From: Haliotis rubra
Lineage: Eukaryota
DNA: 64,000 nt
Assembly: GCF_003918875.1 (NCBI RefSeq)
Contig: NW_025767088.1
Coordinates: forward strand, 62,001-126,000
Reading direction: 5' to 3'
Part shown: one piece after another, positions 11,561-26,038 of the stretch
How the letters are laid out: every line of letters begins with the position of its first letter
How positions within the stretch are numbered: position 1 is the first letter of the stretch
Notes under the pieces: generated by a model
Databases searched by the model: none
What the model was told of the DNA's origin: nothing
The model's input: only the letters and a program-made list of their open reading frames with translations
Position numbers and translations under genes: made by a program

Positions 11561-14289
11561 AAGAATAGTTTGTATTTTTTCAATATCTAAGTTTGTAACT
11601 GTTCTGGATATCGGTGTATAACTTCACTGGTAAAGTCTCGTCAGATACGAGCCCCTTAGAGCACGTTTATATCCCAAGTTACTTCACATAATGAAACAAA
11701 GCAGATAAAGTGTTGTAGTGCATGATTGCTATATCAGATATCAGGCATATCTAAATTTCTTTTCTGGCGCATGCATAAATGCATTTTAAGTCAAGCCAGA
11801 AAATATCTATGCGCAAGGTATCCCTTTTCCATTTTTCTGTAATGAATACAAAATATTTCTGTTAAGAATAATCATTATTGGTCAAGAAACAAAATTTGTG
11901 CTCTTGAAATTATATCTCGTATAAGAGTGTTTATGAACGGGGATCTGCATGAAGAGGCAGTTATCCACATATATCTCATGCGATTCAATTAAGAGTAAAC
12001 CAGTAAATAATTTGCTTTTTTTTTTAATTGACAAGTTTCAAATGACTATTATTTATGGTCATTCACGTGTGATTGTGCAATCTTCAAATAAAAAATACCA
12101 AAGTTGCAAAACAGTATTTGTGCAGTGAATTTAATAAGCGTGAAAAGCTTACGTGATTCAAGACAGGTAACCCAGTTTACCTTTTGGCCTTACAAATATT
12201 TCTAAACTCATCTGAGCACAACAAATCATTATGTCATTGAAAATATATTTCGTGACACGGTAACTCCATATTATAATCAGTATCCGTATAGTGAGATCAG
12301 TTATTCTAATGTCCCCGGTGCGATAAATGTAAACTATAACAGACTTTGAAGTATCATCAAAAAATATAACTATTGACAGAGTCTCATTGTTGATAATGCA
12401 CATGCTTTTCAGTATAAGCACTATAGGATAGTAAGCTAAAATGTGTGCTTCAATTAGCATGCCACAAACTGATATAATGTTGGAGTGCTTTGCTTACATG
12501 GAACAGGAACCGGAATCCTGTATGCAGTGATGTTTTGATGGATTTCACTCAATAAAGCATTTGGTTACTTTTCTCAGGTTTTTGTATATGGGTACATGGA
12601 ATGTAGTATGTGATTGAGTGAGTAACTGAGGCACGGTAATAAAGTTTTATGGCCCAAGTTTCTCAGAAAATCCTAATAACATTCTGCTGTAAAACTGAAA
12701 AGCTGTGGAATGCAAATATAGAAGTAAAAGTTAAAAGAATATCAGTGATCAAACCAGCCACTCACATAATTTGATTTAAATATAAATTTAACCTTTTTTA
12801 GACAAGGAAAGCACCATATCAGCACCCTGCAGATATACCCAATACGACGCTTCCCCATGGGTACAAAAGGCACTTTAGCTTAACTGCAAAAAACAAAGCA
12901 AGTGCTTATCCTGCCGAGTTTGCTAACTGTGTCATTACTATTTGACAGTGTTTCATCAGACACATGCTGTTTTTAGCGCTTTCTTCTCATTCCGGAAATG
13001 TTCTTTGTGGTTTTATATTTGTAAGATTCTCGTTCAGCGAAACTGCCTGGAAAGCAAATCTTGGCTCTCCCATAGTTTCTTAAGATTGCTTACATGTAGC
13101 TTCGCTGACCAGTGTGAGTCCTTCCACAATCATATGCCCTTCAAATGTCTGAACTTTGAGTGTTGACCATTTTGCTCCTTGAGCCAACTGAAAAATGGAG
13201 ATATATATAACGTATCACAAATGAAATGAAGTCCTAAACAGAATCAGCGTGGCCTGGTCACAGCAGTTAATGTATTTTTAGGTGGGTAAATAGTTGTTTT
13301 AAGTTACTCTCCCTCGTGGTTGGAGGAATATACAGATTATATAGCCAGTGAACCTTAAACTAAGTCCTTCGTAGTCCTTTGGCCAGCCCGACAAAAAGCA
13401 CCTCTCCTTCTCGATGAAATCACTAAGATCTTCCTTCTAGCAAGACAGTCATTCCTCTTAAGGTCAAGCCAGCAGTCATAAACTCAGCGTTTTCCTCATA
13501 AAAGGACTTCTTGAAACTGCCACTTGGTCGAGGCTGCGTAAACCTCAGCTTTCCATCTGAGAAGTTTTGACACTGAAGTCACATATTACTAATTGGATTC
13601 TCTTCAATCTTGTTGACGAGGACACAATCTCGATTACAACCTTACACTCTCCCCAAAGGGGTACAATGCCTTTCCACACTTACGTCGACCTAATGATCAA
13701 TATATTCTTCTATTGATTCTACAATCAGTTGCGAATCAGCTTGCTATACATGTATAATATTTATCATTTCTATCTTGTATTTACATTGCACATCTGATAT
13801 GTGTACATGCAATATGTGCAACTTGTTGTCTATTACCATGTTATTCATGTTTACCTGCTGTTTATCACAAACCTTTCAGGTATATATACCTCTCAACATT
13901 TGTTGTAGTCTCTCCAACATGGTAACCGTGAAACTAACTACATCGTCGCTATATTCAGTAAACTAGAAGCTGTGTCCATGAAGTTGTATTCGTATTCATT
14001 CGCCATCGTCGCTGTATTATAAAAACAGAGTCTGTTGTCCATGAAGCTGTTCATTGGCAATCAAACAGTTAATATCACATCGTTTATTGTAATATTTTAT
14101 CTTCAGCATAAATCAGACAAATTGTGTCATCTCTGCACAACATGTAAACCTACAGAAACGATATCAAATGCATCAAATGTTATAGTTAGAGAAAACGGAA
14201 GGTCTGTCCTCAAAATTACCATGGACTGCTTCTGACAATTTCATATTCAATATGCGTCACTTGGATGAGTATCGACTGCAGATGAACTG

Positions 14290-14900
14290 AAACAGTCGAA
14301 CTGTAACAAAGTAGATCAAACATTTTTGTGAGCAGGTGACTGTACCAACTGGATCAAACATTTCAGTGAGAAAGTGACTGTAACCCATTGAATCAAACAT
14401 TTCAGTGAGGTGACTTACCAACTGAATCAAACATTTCAGGAAGAAGGTGACTGTAACCAACTGAATCAAACATTTCAGTGAGGTGACTGTAACCAACTGA
14501 ATCAAACATTTCAATGACATGACAGTAACCAACTGAATCAAACACTTCAATGACATGACAGTAACCAACTGAATCAAACATTTCAGTGAGGTGACTGTCA
14601 CTAACTGAATCAAACATTTCATTGAGAAAGTGATTGTAACCAACTGAATCAAACATTTCATTGAGAAAGAGACTAACCAACTGAATCAAACATTTCATTG
14701 AGAAAGTGACTGTAACCAACTGAATCACACATTTCATTGAGAAGGTGACTGTAACCAACTGAATCAAACATTTCAGTGAGGTGACTGTAACCAACTGAAT
14801 TAAACATTTCAGTGAGAAGGCGACTGTAACCAACTAAATCAAACATTTCGTTTAGAAAGTGACTGTAACCAACTGAATCAAACATTTCAGTGAGAAGGTA
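14290..14900. repeat. Minisatellite with 33/36-bp unit (gtgactgtaaccaactgaatcaaacatttcagtgag[aa])
   Basis: About 17 directly visible tandem copies. Confidence 0.95.
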
Positions 14901-15439
14901 CAGGCTGTTTGGGTCAAAATGATACCTATGAATCACAATCTAACTCCAAATCAGTACATGGTCAGACATTCATTTCAACGCAGATTGTAATGAAAACATT
15001 AGACCAACTCTGGAAAAGAGTTTCATAACGTTTGTCTCCAAAATAATAAAGTTACTTAACAAAGTATTATCAGTTTGATTTGATTTTCTTTGTGAAGTTT
15101 ACGAGGGTAAAGTAACTGTAGCACTGTTGCCGGAACCACATGCAATTGTGACGTCACAATTAGCCAATAGATTTATTGACAGGGTACATGAGACAGTGAA
15201 ATTCATCTCTGACATCAAGTCCATTATTTCCAAAGTTTACGATTTTTTAAAGGCGAAAGTGAAATGAATTACCGTAAATATGTCCTAGGTAAATTTGTTA
15301 ATCGCACTGCATGTGCGAGCGAACCTGAACGTTTGCTGTTATATTGGCCTCAAATGGTGATTTTTTCACGCCTTATGCACATGAATTTCACTACAGAATC
15401 ATAAGATACAGACGAACATTATATGTTTCCCTTCGGGCT

Positions 15440-15750
15440 CAGGGAACATGAACAAACATCGAGGGTACATCAGCCCATGACCAATGAACAACGTATTTAT
15501 CATACCGAACACCTCAATGGTAATTTGCAACTGTTTGAAGCACGGGTATCGGATCACCAGACAAATTTAGAGTTATCTCCCTTCCATCGATTTGCATTCG
15601 CAAAACATCGGTAATTTCCGTATATCATACGTGATTCAATATTATTCGAGATAAAGAATTACTACTACGAAGTACCAAATGAGTTCTTCATTCCTAACGG
15701 GGTATATAGAAAATGTTACTCGCTTGTAAGCGGGCTACATTGAAAATAAT
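15440..15750 (+). repeat. Unclassified interspersed repeat, second copy at ~41092-41510
   Basis: Shared sequence: atttatc.taccgaacacctcaatg...ccatcgatttgcattcgcaaaa.atcggtaatttccg...attattcgagataaagaattact...cttgtaagcggg.tacattg. Confidence 0.75.
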
Positions 15751-17863
15751 ATATAAAATAAAAAGTTATTCCTTAGACTGTAATTTATATTTTCTGCAAT
15801 TCGGTATTTGCCAAAGAGGTCAGCATCGCCGGGCGTGGATTATTACTCATGAATTGAAACAATAACCCATGACCAATTCAGCTACTGCGATTACAGGGAT
15901 TCCAAATGGCACAACCAAACATACATTGCTATAACTTTTAATTATTTATTGATCCCAGATGGAGGTTTACTAAATACATAATTGAGTTCTGAAAATTTCT
16001 CGATGAAGCTTCGCGTTTCACCTTGCTTTTTAAAGCAAAGGTAATGCGTATATACTCAAACATTTCTGTTATATGTTTTTTTTGCAATAGTCCGATTGTA
16101 CAGTGTCTATGTTTGGAAATATGAAAACATTTGGGAGTCATGACGAAACAATGCTCAGTTTGTTTACTACAATCTCATTTCCTAACCCAGTCATACACTA
16201 TTCTCTTGACCGTTTCAAATTACCGAACGAGGGCATCACCACAACATCTGGTCGCTGTATGCACAGTATCTTCCCCGTCAGTGTTGACCACCGTATTTCT
16301 ATACCAGACTTTTACTGGAAGGTATGTTCTCCTCCTATCAGGTGCCACACCGCTGTGTTGGAACATCTGCATCTTTAAGACGTGGCGCTATACATGCACT
16401 CCAATTCATCTCAATTCAACAATCCTGTGGATGCTTTTAAAGTGAATTAGAGTAAGGTGGTGTCAAGGGACCAGGCAGTTTAGTAAGTTGCTTTTCACTT
16501 ATTGAGACACACCGTTAGTTCTAGGTCAAAAGTATTGGAACACGTTTGCAAGTGTTTTGCTGGTAAACACTGTTTGCGCAGCTATTCACGGCAAGAAAAT
16601 GTTCTGGTTTGCAATAAACTAAACATAATAAAAGTGATGTTGAAAATCACTCAAATATCAGTCAAAATATCACATTTAAGGGCATTTAGCCCTATCCAGA
16701 AGAAGACATCGCTTTAAACGGTGTCGATTGTATGAATATTTATTAAATAGTACTGATGCAAGTATTAACAAAAAGGTGAGCGTACCATGTAACATCCGTC
16801 ACAAATACATGCACAGGCATGTCAATTGTTCACATGAAACATATGTCTATCATATAACTTTCTGTACGTTTTGTATTGAATGTTGCAGCCTTGATAAAAA
16901 AAAATGTTGGAGTAAACGTCGTATTGCACTCTTTCCGATTGTCACAAATGTGGATCAACATATTATTGTTCGTACCTTGGGTTGTCGATCGGGACGTGGT
17001 GAGGTCGGTTTGTGACGGTGATGTGTTGGCTGCAGGCGGTTTGCTCGTGACTATTTGACTAGAGCTGTCCTTACAAAGTCGGACCTTTGTGGTAAAGAGC
17101 TCACTGTCAGACATGTTGCTCGACTGAGTGGACTTTGCAGTTGCAATAAAGCAATAAAGCCGAAAGAAATCTTTACGCGTGTGAGCTGTAATCTCACACT
17201 AAAATGCTTCTCAAACTAGAAAATGTCGCTAATAATAAAACTCCAAGAATTGCTTTATTTTATGACGCTTTGGTCTGGAATACAACTCTGTGACAATAAT
17301 CAGTACGTAACCTTCCTTTGGTGGACTTTAGTCCTTCATTTACATTAAAGCAAATTCTTAATGATATAGACATAACCAGTAGACGCTTACCATATTCTGA
17401 CAGTTCTACAATGTTCTTGTAACCTTCAGCATTGCCAGTATCATCACATTTCAACTGCCTTGAAGTACAAAGACAACCACACCAAATATTAACACAGGAA
17501 GAACCATTTTGAGAAAGAAATTATATAATAGTCAAACAAATATGTCAAACTAAACACATTGGGTATCAAATGTATTTCATTCAATGACAAAATGTCTGTT
17601 ACAAATTGTTATGCTTTAATGCGTATCGACTGGAAAAAAGACAGATTTTTACATTCGCTGCATTTTCGATCCTTCATTCAAGGTAAAACTTGATGTAAAT
17701 GCATTGTATTAATGTTTACGATCTCCATAAGAACCAGCATGCCTGTATCTACAACTTCGTTGCAGGACGTTTGATATATATCCTAGATAGGCTATTTGAT
17801 GCTGTTTATACATGTGTTTAAAATCAATTACTTTTGAGAAGGTTATCAGTTATAAACCTAACC

Positions 17864-18023
17864 GGGGCGATGGGGTAGCCTAGTGGTCAAAGCGTTGGCT
17901 CGTAACGCCGAAGACCCGGGTTCAACTCCCCACATGGGTACAATGTGTGAAGCCCATTTCTGGTGTCCCCCGCCGTGATGTTGCTGGAATATTGCTAAAA
18001 GCGGCGTAAAACCAAACTCAGTC
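17864..18023 (+). mobile_element. Short tRNA-derived SINE family B (~155 bp)
   Basis: A-box tagcctagtgg and B-box ggttcaactcc, then gaagcccatttctggtgtccc and the shared gctggaatattgct tail. Other copies lie at ~5140-5270, 6985-7127, 11052-11205, 20274-20432, 26831-26965, 31410-31555, 43290-43400, 48268-48352, 56315-56410, 57315-57460 and 58088-58167. Confidence 0.85.
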
Positions 18024-18780
18024 AGTATAAACCTAACCATGACATTTTCCAACACTAAGTTGCAGAGGACCACATATGAAACAGTTATGCACAAAGGCAT
18101 GATAATAGGTGGTAGAATATGCATTAGGAACATATGTTTGCATATTTACATGTATGCATATACTAAACATAATATATACTTGTATATGCTGGTTGTTACT
18201 TTCATACACCATGCAACTGGGGACTGTGAATGAAATAGCATCATTTGACTGAACTACATACTTTTCCATTAGAAAAGAGGGCAAGATAAGGTATGTGCTG
18301 TTTAGTTATATAGAAATTAACTGTGGGACTTTGAAAAACTGGTCATCAAGGAGCCAAAAACTCGTGAAACGGTCACATCAACCAAACTCACAAACTGGTA
18401 TGAAGAGATACTTTGTGTTATGGGTGGGGCAGAATACACTCACATTTTCGCGAACATCTTGACTCATTACTGTGTTGACAGTGATTCATAAATAATAGCT
18501 CATGAAATGGTCTAAATTGTACATCGATTCTGCTTTTATGATGTGGAAAGAGTTCATCACAGTTTTGCACCAGAACTGAAAGTGTTTGAGTGAAGGATTA
18601 TAATGTCTTTCAGATGGCCATTTGGACGATGTAGTATCAGTTAAGACGAAGGCGTGGATTTACGTGCCTGATAAACAGGGAAAACAAGCTAAATCCATAT
18701 CCCAAATCAGATTTTATGGATTGGTTAGGAGGCAAGTTAGCTGCGACTGTAGGAATATTGCAGGCTTTGTAATTTCAGAA

Positions 18781-20744
18781 ATGTCAGACGAGGGGGTAAC
18801 TACGAATTCACAGAATTATGTACAAGAGGACACAGCAAGGGCGTTTACAGCCGAGTGCCATCGTGTTGGGATCACCACAGAGGAAGTCGTTGATTTCTAT
18901 ACCAAATGGGCCATGAATGGCAAATACGACCAGGTAGGTTTTATTAAATTACTGGGTATATGGTATGACGTCTTGTTAATGGTATCTATTCGCTGTACTC
19001 AGATATTCACCTTCATCTTATGATTTCCATGTTTCAGGATTTGCGTTTTGAGCAGTATGAGGGACCAGTCATTGCAGCAAACGCAGTGGCAGAGTACTTC
19101 AGGGATGATATACCCCAGACTAAAGTATTAGATGTTGCCGCAGGAACAGGCCTTGTAGGCGAACAGGTACAGCTTCATGATCCAACTTCACATGTATGCT
19201 CGTAAATGCTAACATCTTGCACACATGGCGTACGAAAGATGGGTGAATGATGTGTAATTTTTTAAAAGATTATCACACTTATTGGTTGTTTATCAATGTA
19301 AATGTATATTGAATCATAACTTTGCTCTTTATTAAATCATAAACAGCTGAGTCATGTTTCAGCTTCAGGACCACGGATTTAAGCACCTGGATGCTCTAGA
19401 ACCAGCTTCAGGGATGTTGGAACAAGCCAGGAAGAAGAACATCTACACCAAAATCTATTGCGAGTTCCTGAACAGTAAACCCCTCCCAATAGATGACGGT
19501 AGGTAACTTTTGACCTTGATTTGATCATGTACTAGTGAGCATTCCACCACCTATGTTTAGCAAATACTGCTATATATAAAATAGAAAAATTTGTTTTCTT
19601 TCTGATGTCCATTTTCGAAAATCTGCATATGCCAACATTTGTGATGAACAGGCATTGCAATCATCTTTCAGGATCGTACGACTGCAGTGTATCATGTGGT
19701 GGTATGGGAGAAGGACACATTCCACTGCACGGGTTCTACGAACTAATTCGAGTGACCAAACCAGGTGAGTTGGATTTAGATCTACATCTTACAGAAGATC
19801 AGAATGGAGCAACAAAAACTAAATTGTGTATATATATAACTGAAAAAGGTCGAAATTGCAACAGTCCTGGTAGTCCCAAAATTATTCAGACAAATGTTTG
19901 GTTTATAAACATTTTAGGACACTTCTCTCAGTCTGAAGGTAACTAATTTCTGCTATCACAAGACATTCGAAAGTTCTTTTGTCTCAAATTTGCCGTCGAC
20001 ACTGATCTCGCCCATGTTCAAAATGAATAATTTACACTTTGGTGAGAGGACTATATATATTTCGAAAATAAATCTAACCAACAAAATGGAAGTTCTAAGG
20101 ACCTATTTTTATATACACTAAGTAAACAAACTGTTGAAAACCAGCCGTTCGAAATTAAGAAATTTTCTTTGCATGCATTTTCGGCCTGGGGTGTTTTTTT
20201 CAATTAATGTCTGTATGGTCTTCTGCCTGTCTCTACTCAGATTTATTGACTATTGTTTCTTTCATTGTTGGGCTGGGGCGGTGGGGTATCCGAGTGGTTA
20301 AAGTGTTCGCTCATGACGACAAAGGCCCGGGTTCGATTCCCCACATGGCTTGAAATTGCGAAGCACGTTTCAGGTGTCCCCTATTGTGATATTGTTTGAA
20401 TACTTAAAGAGACGTAAAACCCAACTCACTCTCTTACTCGTCATTGCCCTTAAGTCATGACTGCATATGGGAATATGGTTTACACGTGTGTGTGAATCAA
20501 ATTGCATTTCATCTTTTGTCCGTAGTAAACATTTTAATCCCTCTTTTCAGGGGGTTTAGTCTGCATCGTGATGAAGGAATCATATCTCTCACAGTGCAAG
20601 GAATACAAGGACGGACTGGAGCAGCTGATGAAGGAACTGGAGGATGCTGGGAAATGGGAAAGATTGTCACGTGATGTCGTGCCAAAATACGCATTTGGCG
20701 AAAATGGTGTTATGTTCAGATTCAGGATATGTAATAGAAACTAA
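18781..20744 (+). CDS. METTL27-like: METTL27-like methyltransferase, copy 3 (~234 aa, intact)
   Basis: Exons 18781-18933, 19038-19166, 19363-19498, 19672-19764 and 20551-20744 sum to 705 nt with canonical splice sites. Motifs VLDVAAGTGLVG and GGMGEGHIP are present. Confidence 0.9.
20274..20432 (+). mobile_element. tRNA-derived SINE family B copy
   Basis: A and B boxes plus tail, in intron 4 of copy 3. Confidence 0.8.
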
Positions 20745-21674
20745 TTGGTTGAAGGAATATTCATACCTTGGTGGTATACTTGCTCCGGATATCGGTAAAT
20801 TATTTCAATACAGTGAATCCACCAGTGTCCTCTTATCAGACATTGACTTAAGGTGTGCTAAGAGAAAATAACTTGTTAAGGAAATATTTATACCTCGGTT
20901 CCCTCTTGTCAGACAACAGCTCCTTCACACAAGTTAATGCCCGAAATTGAGTTGAAACGTAACAAGCGTATGATGACCATCTGGTACTGAGACGAGGAAC
21001 ATATGTCAGAAATGGTCGATCCAAGAACCTGCTGAGACCAATGTGATAAAAGGTAGCTGATACATTTCGATAATAAAATGTCGATAGTAAAATGAAGTAT
21101 CTTTTTCATGAACCAAGGTCGTGACTTTGTAGGAAATAAACGGAGTGTTTCTGGAAGTTTCAGTCTATAAATAACACAAAGAACTCAGGATTGTTTAACT
21201 GTTCTATATTTAGTCCATAATCTCGTATGCTTCAAGAGATCAGTAGTTGCTATTTTCACATATTATTTATACGATTCTCTTGACAGTATAACAGTAAATA
21301 AATTTGGTTTTGGGAAGCTCGAAGTTCAAATCATTATGTTATGCCACCTGCTAAAAACTAATGATGTATTAACACGAAAAAACTGGACAAAGTTTTACCA
21401 ATATATTTATGTTAAACTAAATGACATAAGCTCAAGTTCACATTAACAACGTTATCGTAAGTTTTATCTGTAAACGCGATTATCTGCGATAGATAGAAAA
21501 ACTATGTAACACGGACAACAGTCACAAATCATTGGGTGGGTGTCTTGTAAATTCACCCGGGTATGTAACTTTACTATCTTCTACTTTGACAAATATTTAC
21601 TATTGCTATTCTCTATTAACTTTAATCTACTGGACGTCTCTTTACTATTTGTTATTCTTAGCACTTCCCTCAGG

Positions 21675-22035
21675 GTGAGGTGAGGTGAAATTGGGTTTAA
21701 CGTCGTGCTTGAGAATATTTCGCTCATATGACGATGTGCATGCGTGTGTATGTGTATCTGTATGTGCGGCTGCTTGTACTAGCACAGACTGAAGCTGGTT
21801 TTATAGTGCTATCCCACTGAGATACCATGCCGCAGTGAAGCATGAATACCCCACTCAGACACATAATACTGACTCCGAGCCGACCAGTCCTTGTTGTACC
21901 CATTAATGCCGAGCGCCAGGCAGGGTCCAACAAGTACCATATTTTAACTTCTTTTGGTATGACGCGGTCGGGGATCGAACCCGCGACCTTCCGCTCTCCG
22001 GGCGTACGCTCTAGCCACTACACCACGGTGGCCGT
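21675..22035 (-). mobile_element. tRNA-derived SINE family C with a MetaSINE-like central domain
   Basis: Minus strand: GGTGTAGTGG (A box) and GGTTCGATCCCC (B box), then GTCATACCAAAAGAAGTTAAAATATGGTAC...GGCGCTCGGCATTAA and a (TCACC)n tail. It is flanked by the direct repeat ctcagg. The Meta domain assignment is from memory. Confidence 0.7.
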
Positions 22036-22989
22036 CTCTCAGGTTGATGGTGAACGAGGCAGCCTTTATTATATTTCTCATATATTCTGCATTACTGTTT
22101 AGGATTGTTTATTTAATACTGATTAACACTACACTGTTTTGTGACTATTATAGAATGTATATAGTGTGTCGGATAATATAACTGTTGCATTACGTTGTGA
22201 ACACTATGCTGTTTTGTGACTGTTACAGAATGTAGATTGTATAAACGCCAACTAGGGTGATGTGAAGAGTACTGAACAATTGCATTACGTTTTATACTTT
22301 CCAATGTGTAGTATGGAATGTAGTATGTGTAACGAATCTATATGTTATATTTATGTCCTTTGATGGCTGATTGCATTGTGAATATACTGTAATAATTAAT
22401 TGTAAACCATTCTATTATTGCCTGATCATGTAACATGCATGTTCAGTGACTGTTGTGTGATAAACTCCTCCTTTATTTACTCAGGTGTTGTGTTGTGTGT
22501 GGGTTGGTATTGTCATACCTCTTGCCAAGCGAGCTGATTCCCCAACACTCGCGTTTTAATAGGTTTTAATATATGTGAATACAACTGATGAAGATGTCTT
22601 TGATGGCGCCGTGAAAGTATGACGTGTTTTACGGTTTACCCAGTTAGCTTTGGCCTTAAATGACATTTTTATAATCATATCAGAATTGGCATAAACACAA
22701 AGAACTTAATTTAGCACCCTATGTATTTTTGCAATGATAGATTTTCAACAAGTACATAAAACTTCTCGTGGTGACCACGATGGAAAAACATGAGTTTTCT
22801 GACCCGTATGATCCTTTGACTCCTAAAAAACGACAAAATGATTGGAATCCACGATAATTGCTCTATTAGAAACAACAACGCTGATTTTCAAACAAATACA
22901 AGTATGGCCCTGGATTGTTTAATGTTGAATTTATTGGTGAATGGGAACATTCCAAATATCATTTTGCGTGTCTAACACGATTCAAGCTC

Positions 22990-23200
22990 AATACCGAGTG
23001 TAACCTCCATGTGACTGTATGGCAGCCCTCTCCTCCTCATACGCCTGTCAGCCTCCTGATCCTCTGAAGGGACGATCTACGCCATTCCTCGTCTAACGCA
23101 GCTTCCAATCGGGCCAGGTTCGGTACAGGAGGGTCCCTTTGTTGCACACGACGACCAGTCATGTCCCGGATATGCTCCAAAGGTTTAAGATCGGGGCTCA
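22990..23200 (-). mobile_element. Tc1/mariner transposase C-terminal relic
   Basis: The minus strand reads SPDLKPLEH...RRVQQRDPPVPNLARLEAALDEEW, matching the Tc1 SPDLNPIEH motif. Confidence 0.7.
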
Positions 23201-23829
23201 TGCAATCGTGAGATATATCAGGGGGTGCTTAACTATGTTATTTGTGAATATGTTTTATGATACAGTTAAATATCAATATCATTGACATCAATATAGGAAG
23301 AAAGTTGTTTGTTCTTTCCAGGCTATTTCAATTCCAACAACTGAGTAATGGTAAAATGGGTTGTTCAGTGAGGTCGTTCCAGTGTTCATTTGATAGTTAT
23401 TTCACTGTACTGAGGCTTTGCTTCTTTTAATGTTTTAGGCTGTACTGCATAATGCATTTTATCCTTAGAGTTGGATTACATAGCTCAGTACAACTGTGGA
23501 TATCATTTACGAATAGCATGTATGTAAATATTGATTGCATGAGGCATTCTATTCAACTTTCATTGCGAAGATTCCCTGGAACAGCTGTTGTCAAACACTT
23601 TACTACAATGAATGGGATCTTGGGATACACTCATCATATGGTATCTGAAGTGGAGCGCCTAGAGTCTCAATTATCCGCCAAACAGAAATATTGAGAAGTG
23701 ATCAAAGCATTCCTGATACCATAATCCACTCACACCATTTGTAGAAAGAAGTTATGACTTTATGCATCACCCAAGTTGATGTTATCTTTGTTATTGTGAC
23801 AGCACAGCCATGCTGGTAAGGTTTTTCAT

Positions 23830-25050
23830 CACCTCAGGGACCTTGCCCCATCTACACGCAGCTCAGACAGCGAATGCGACTTCTCCCAGGAAACGCTGCC
23901 AAGTCGAACCCACCAAGAACTTTCTGAAGAATACTAGTATGTAGACTCCCCAACACTGCAGCCTTCTGCATTACCCAGAGTGTCAGAAGGGCTGTGCTCC
24001 CGGTGGAGAACCTGGGCCCTCTCCTGATCAGGAAGTACCAAACCAAGGGCACCGAAAACAATGGGGAGCCTGACGACAGTGTACTTGAGATGCAAGCGAG
24101 ACATTTCAAAGGCATGCTTTTCTTGAATCTTGCTAATCACGTTGTTGTCAAAAGGGACAGAAAATCCAATGATATAAATAAATTCGTTGCCTTTATCAAA
24201 AAGGGCAAGAATAGGTTCGTTGGGAGGAATTCTTCTGAGGTTGTAGATGGGCCTATTTCAAAGAAGTATAAAAGGATCATTTTCCACGAGACCCTGGACA
24301 TGTTCAGGGTCGTACCATGGATGGACCTCGGAGTCAAGGCGAAGACGATAGTAGAAGCAACGAGCCATGACATCATGTCGTTTAAGGTATGCCTTTTGTG
24401 CCAAGAAAGAGCATCCACTGACAAGGTGCTGGGCAGTCTCTGAAAATTCATTGCAAAGTCGACATTTCATATTGACATTTTGTTTAAGAATCACATTTTG
24501 GCGATTGCGAGTGGGAAGTGACTGGTCCTGGGCAGGGATTATTATTAGTATTAAAATAAAAGAAAAAACATACTTCACCACCCATCACATATACACAATA
24601 TGGCACCATATCACATTGTTCGCCTCCATGGCAGTTAGAAACTTCTATGTCACCATCCCCGCCTCCTCCCTTCCCATATTTGCACTTCAATTAATTTGCA
24701 AATGAGGGAATTAAAGATGAAAACAGGTCAAAGATGGAAATTGTATTTTTATTTACTGGGTGTAGAGGGGACAGCATCAATGTCAGTTTTATGTTCAGGG
24801 TATTTCCAAATCTCATCAGTTTCGGAAGGTGTCTTCATCTTCACCATCTGAGCAGACTTCTGGAAAGTGTCATCAAATATTTCGGTTGCTCAATCCTCAC
24901 AGATCTCTCTGGGAAGTGTTCAGAGATAGTGCGCCCTAAACTTACAGATTTGCCTGCCCAATGTATTCATTTCAGTCTTGTTCATTATAGTACTATTTTA
25001 TCCTCACATTCATCTCTAAAGGGCGTCATTATGGAGATCTGACCAGCAAT
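23830..25050 (-). mobile_element. Decayed R4/Dong-like non-LTR retrotransposon fragment (CCHC plus restriction-like endonuclease end)
   Basis: KCRLCNEFSETAQHLVSGCSFLAQKAYLKRHD, then LPIVFGALG and MQKAAVLGS across frameshifts. These are typical C-terminal motifs of REL-encoding LINEs. The 24700-25050 part is assigned only by proximity. Confidence 0.7.
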
Positions 25051-26038
25051 TCACACTTCTATCAATTTCTGAATTCGTTTCCACTAAGCTTGTTACAACC
25101 TTTAATACTTCTTGGTAAGCTGGCGTATTTAAATTGACTGTGTGCTTCTTGTTGAACACGTTTGTTTGTTAATGTTTATCTTATGGAACATCATATCTTC
25201 CGGAGAAATAATCTAGAACGATGTATTATGAATACTGAACATACTGAAACGGTTTCAGATGCATAAACAGATACATAAATCGGATTACTTGGGTCAATAT
25301 CACAACCAGAAAGTGATGTTTAAGCGTTGCTTATTAGCGCAGTTCGAGGCATAGTGTTTTCTGTTCAAATATATATTGCTGTAGTTTTCACCATTTTCGT
25401 TAATAAATTACTTTATCCAGTACATTCTGAATCCGTGGAATTTAACCACAATGAATAGGTAGTAGGTAGTGATATCAAGGATTCTGTAAAGCAATCAGTC
25501 CACATGTTACAATTATTTAAATTAACTAAGCTAGTCTATAAATTATGCGAATTTAACACATGACGGTAATATATGTATGTATGCACATCACATAACATTT
25601 TTGCTGGTTTTCATTGTGTTGATATGTGCACGCAAGTGATTATTATGATTATGAGTGAAACTATGTGCTGCGAATATCTTGTGTAATGACTGGTTTCCTG
25701 GTTTCCAAAAGACAGATCAAACGATTGTTCTATAACTGTTCTCACTCTCACGTTTAATGCTGTCAAGGAACAGTTAAGATAAAAATAGTTCTGGTTCACC
25801 TGTAGATTTAACTACACTAAATTAATATTTTAAAGTTTACGTCCTGTGCGTTCGAATCCATTTTCGGTTTGACCTGGTGGCGGTAGCACTCCATTGTATC
25901 CACAATACATTTGGGTCACAGGTGAATAGTTTTTCATGTGAATCACAGGTGTTCATGAACGAGATATTTCCAATCACCATTTTCACTAATGTGAATGGAT
26001 ATTTCAGTGTCTTTCATACAGCCACTTACCGTGTGTGA

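Noticed and set aside
12880-13700. Minus-strand exon-like stretches with an acceptor near 13188
   Set aside because: They contain multiple stops and no recognisable motif, so I cannot support a call.
14257-14936. ORFs of 87-143 aa over the 33/36-bp array, and its CRISPR-like repeat length
   Set aside because: The ORFs are by-products of unit lengths divisible by three. There are no spacers or splice context.
21960-22033. Possible tRNA gene (also the heads of SINE B copies)
   Set aside because: The A/B boxes run straight into a SINE body and tail with flanking direct repeats. No complete acceptor stem or terminator was seen.
22584-22625. CTGATGA...GAAA hammerhead-like core
   Set aside because: Stem II is poor, and I could not build a convincing stem I/III or cleavage triplet.
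23994-24443. 149-aa plus-strand ORF
   Set aside because: It is the antisense shadow of the R4-like retrotransposon relic.
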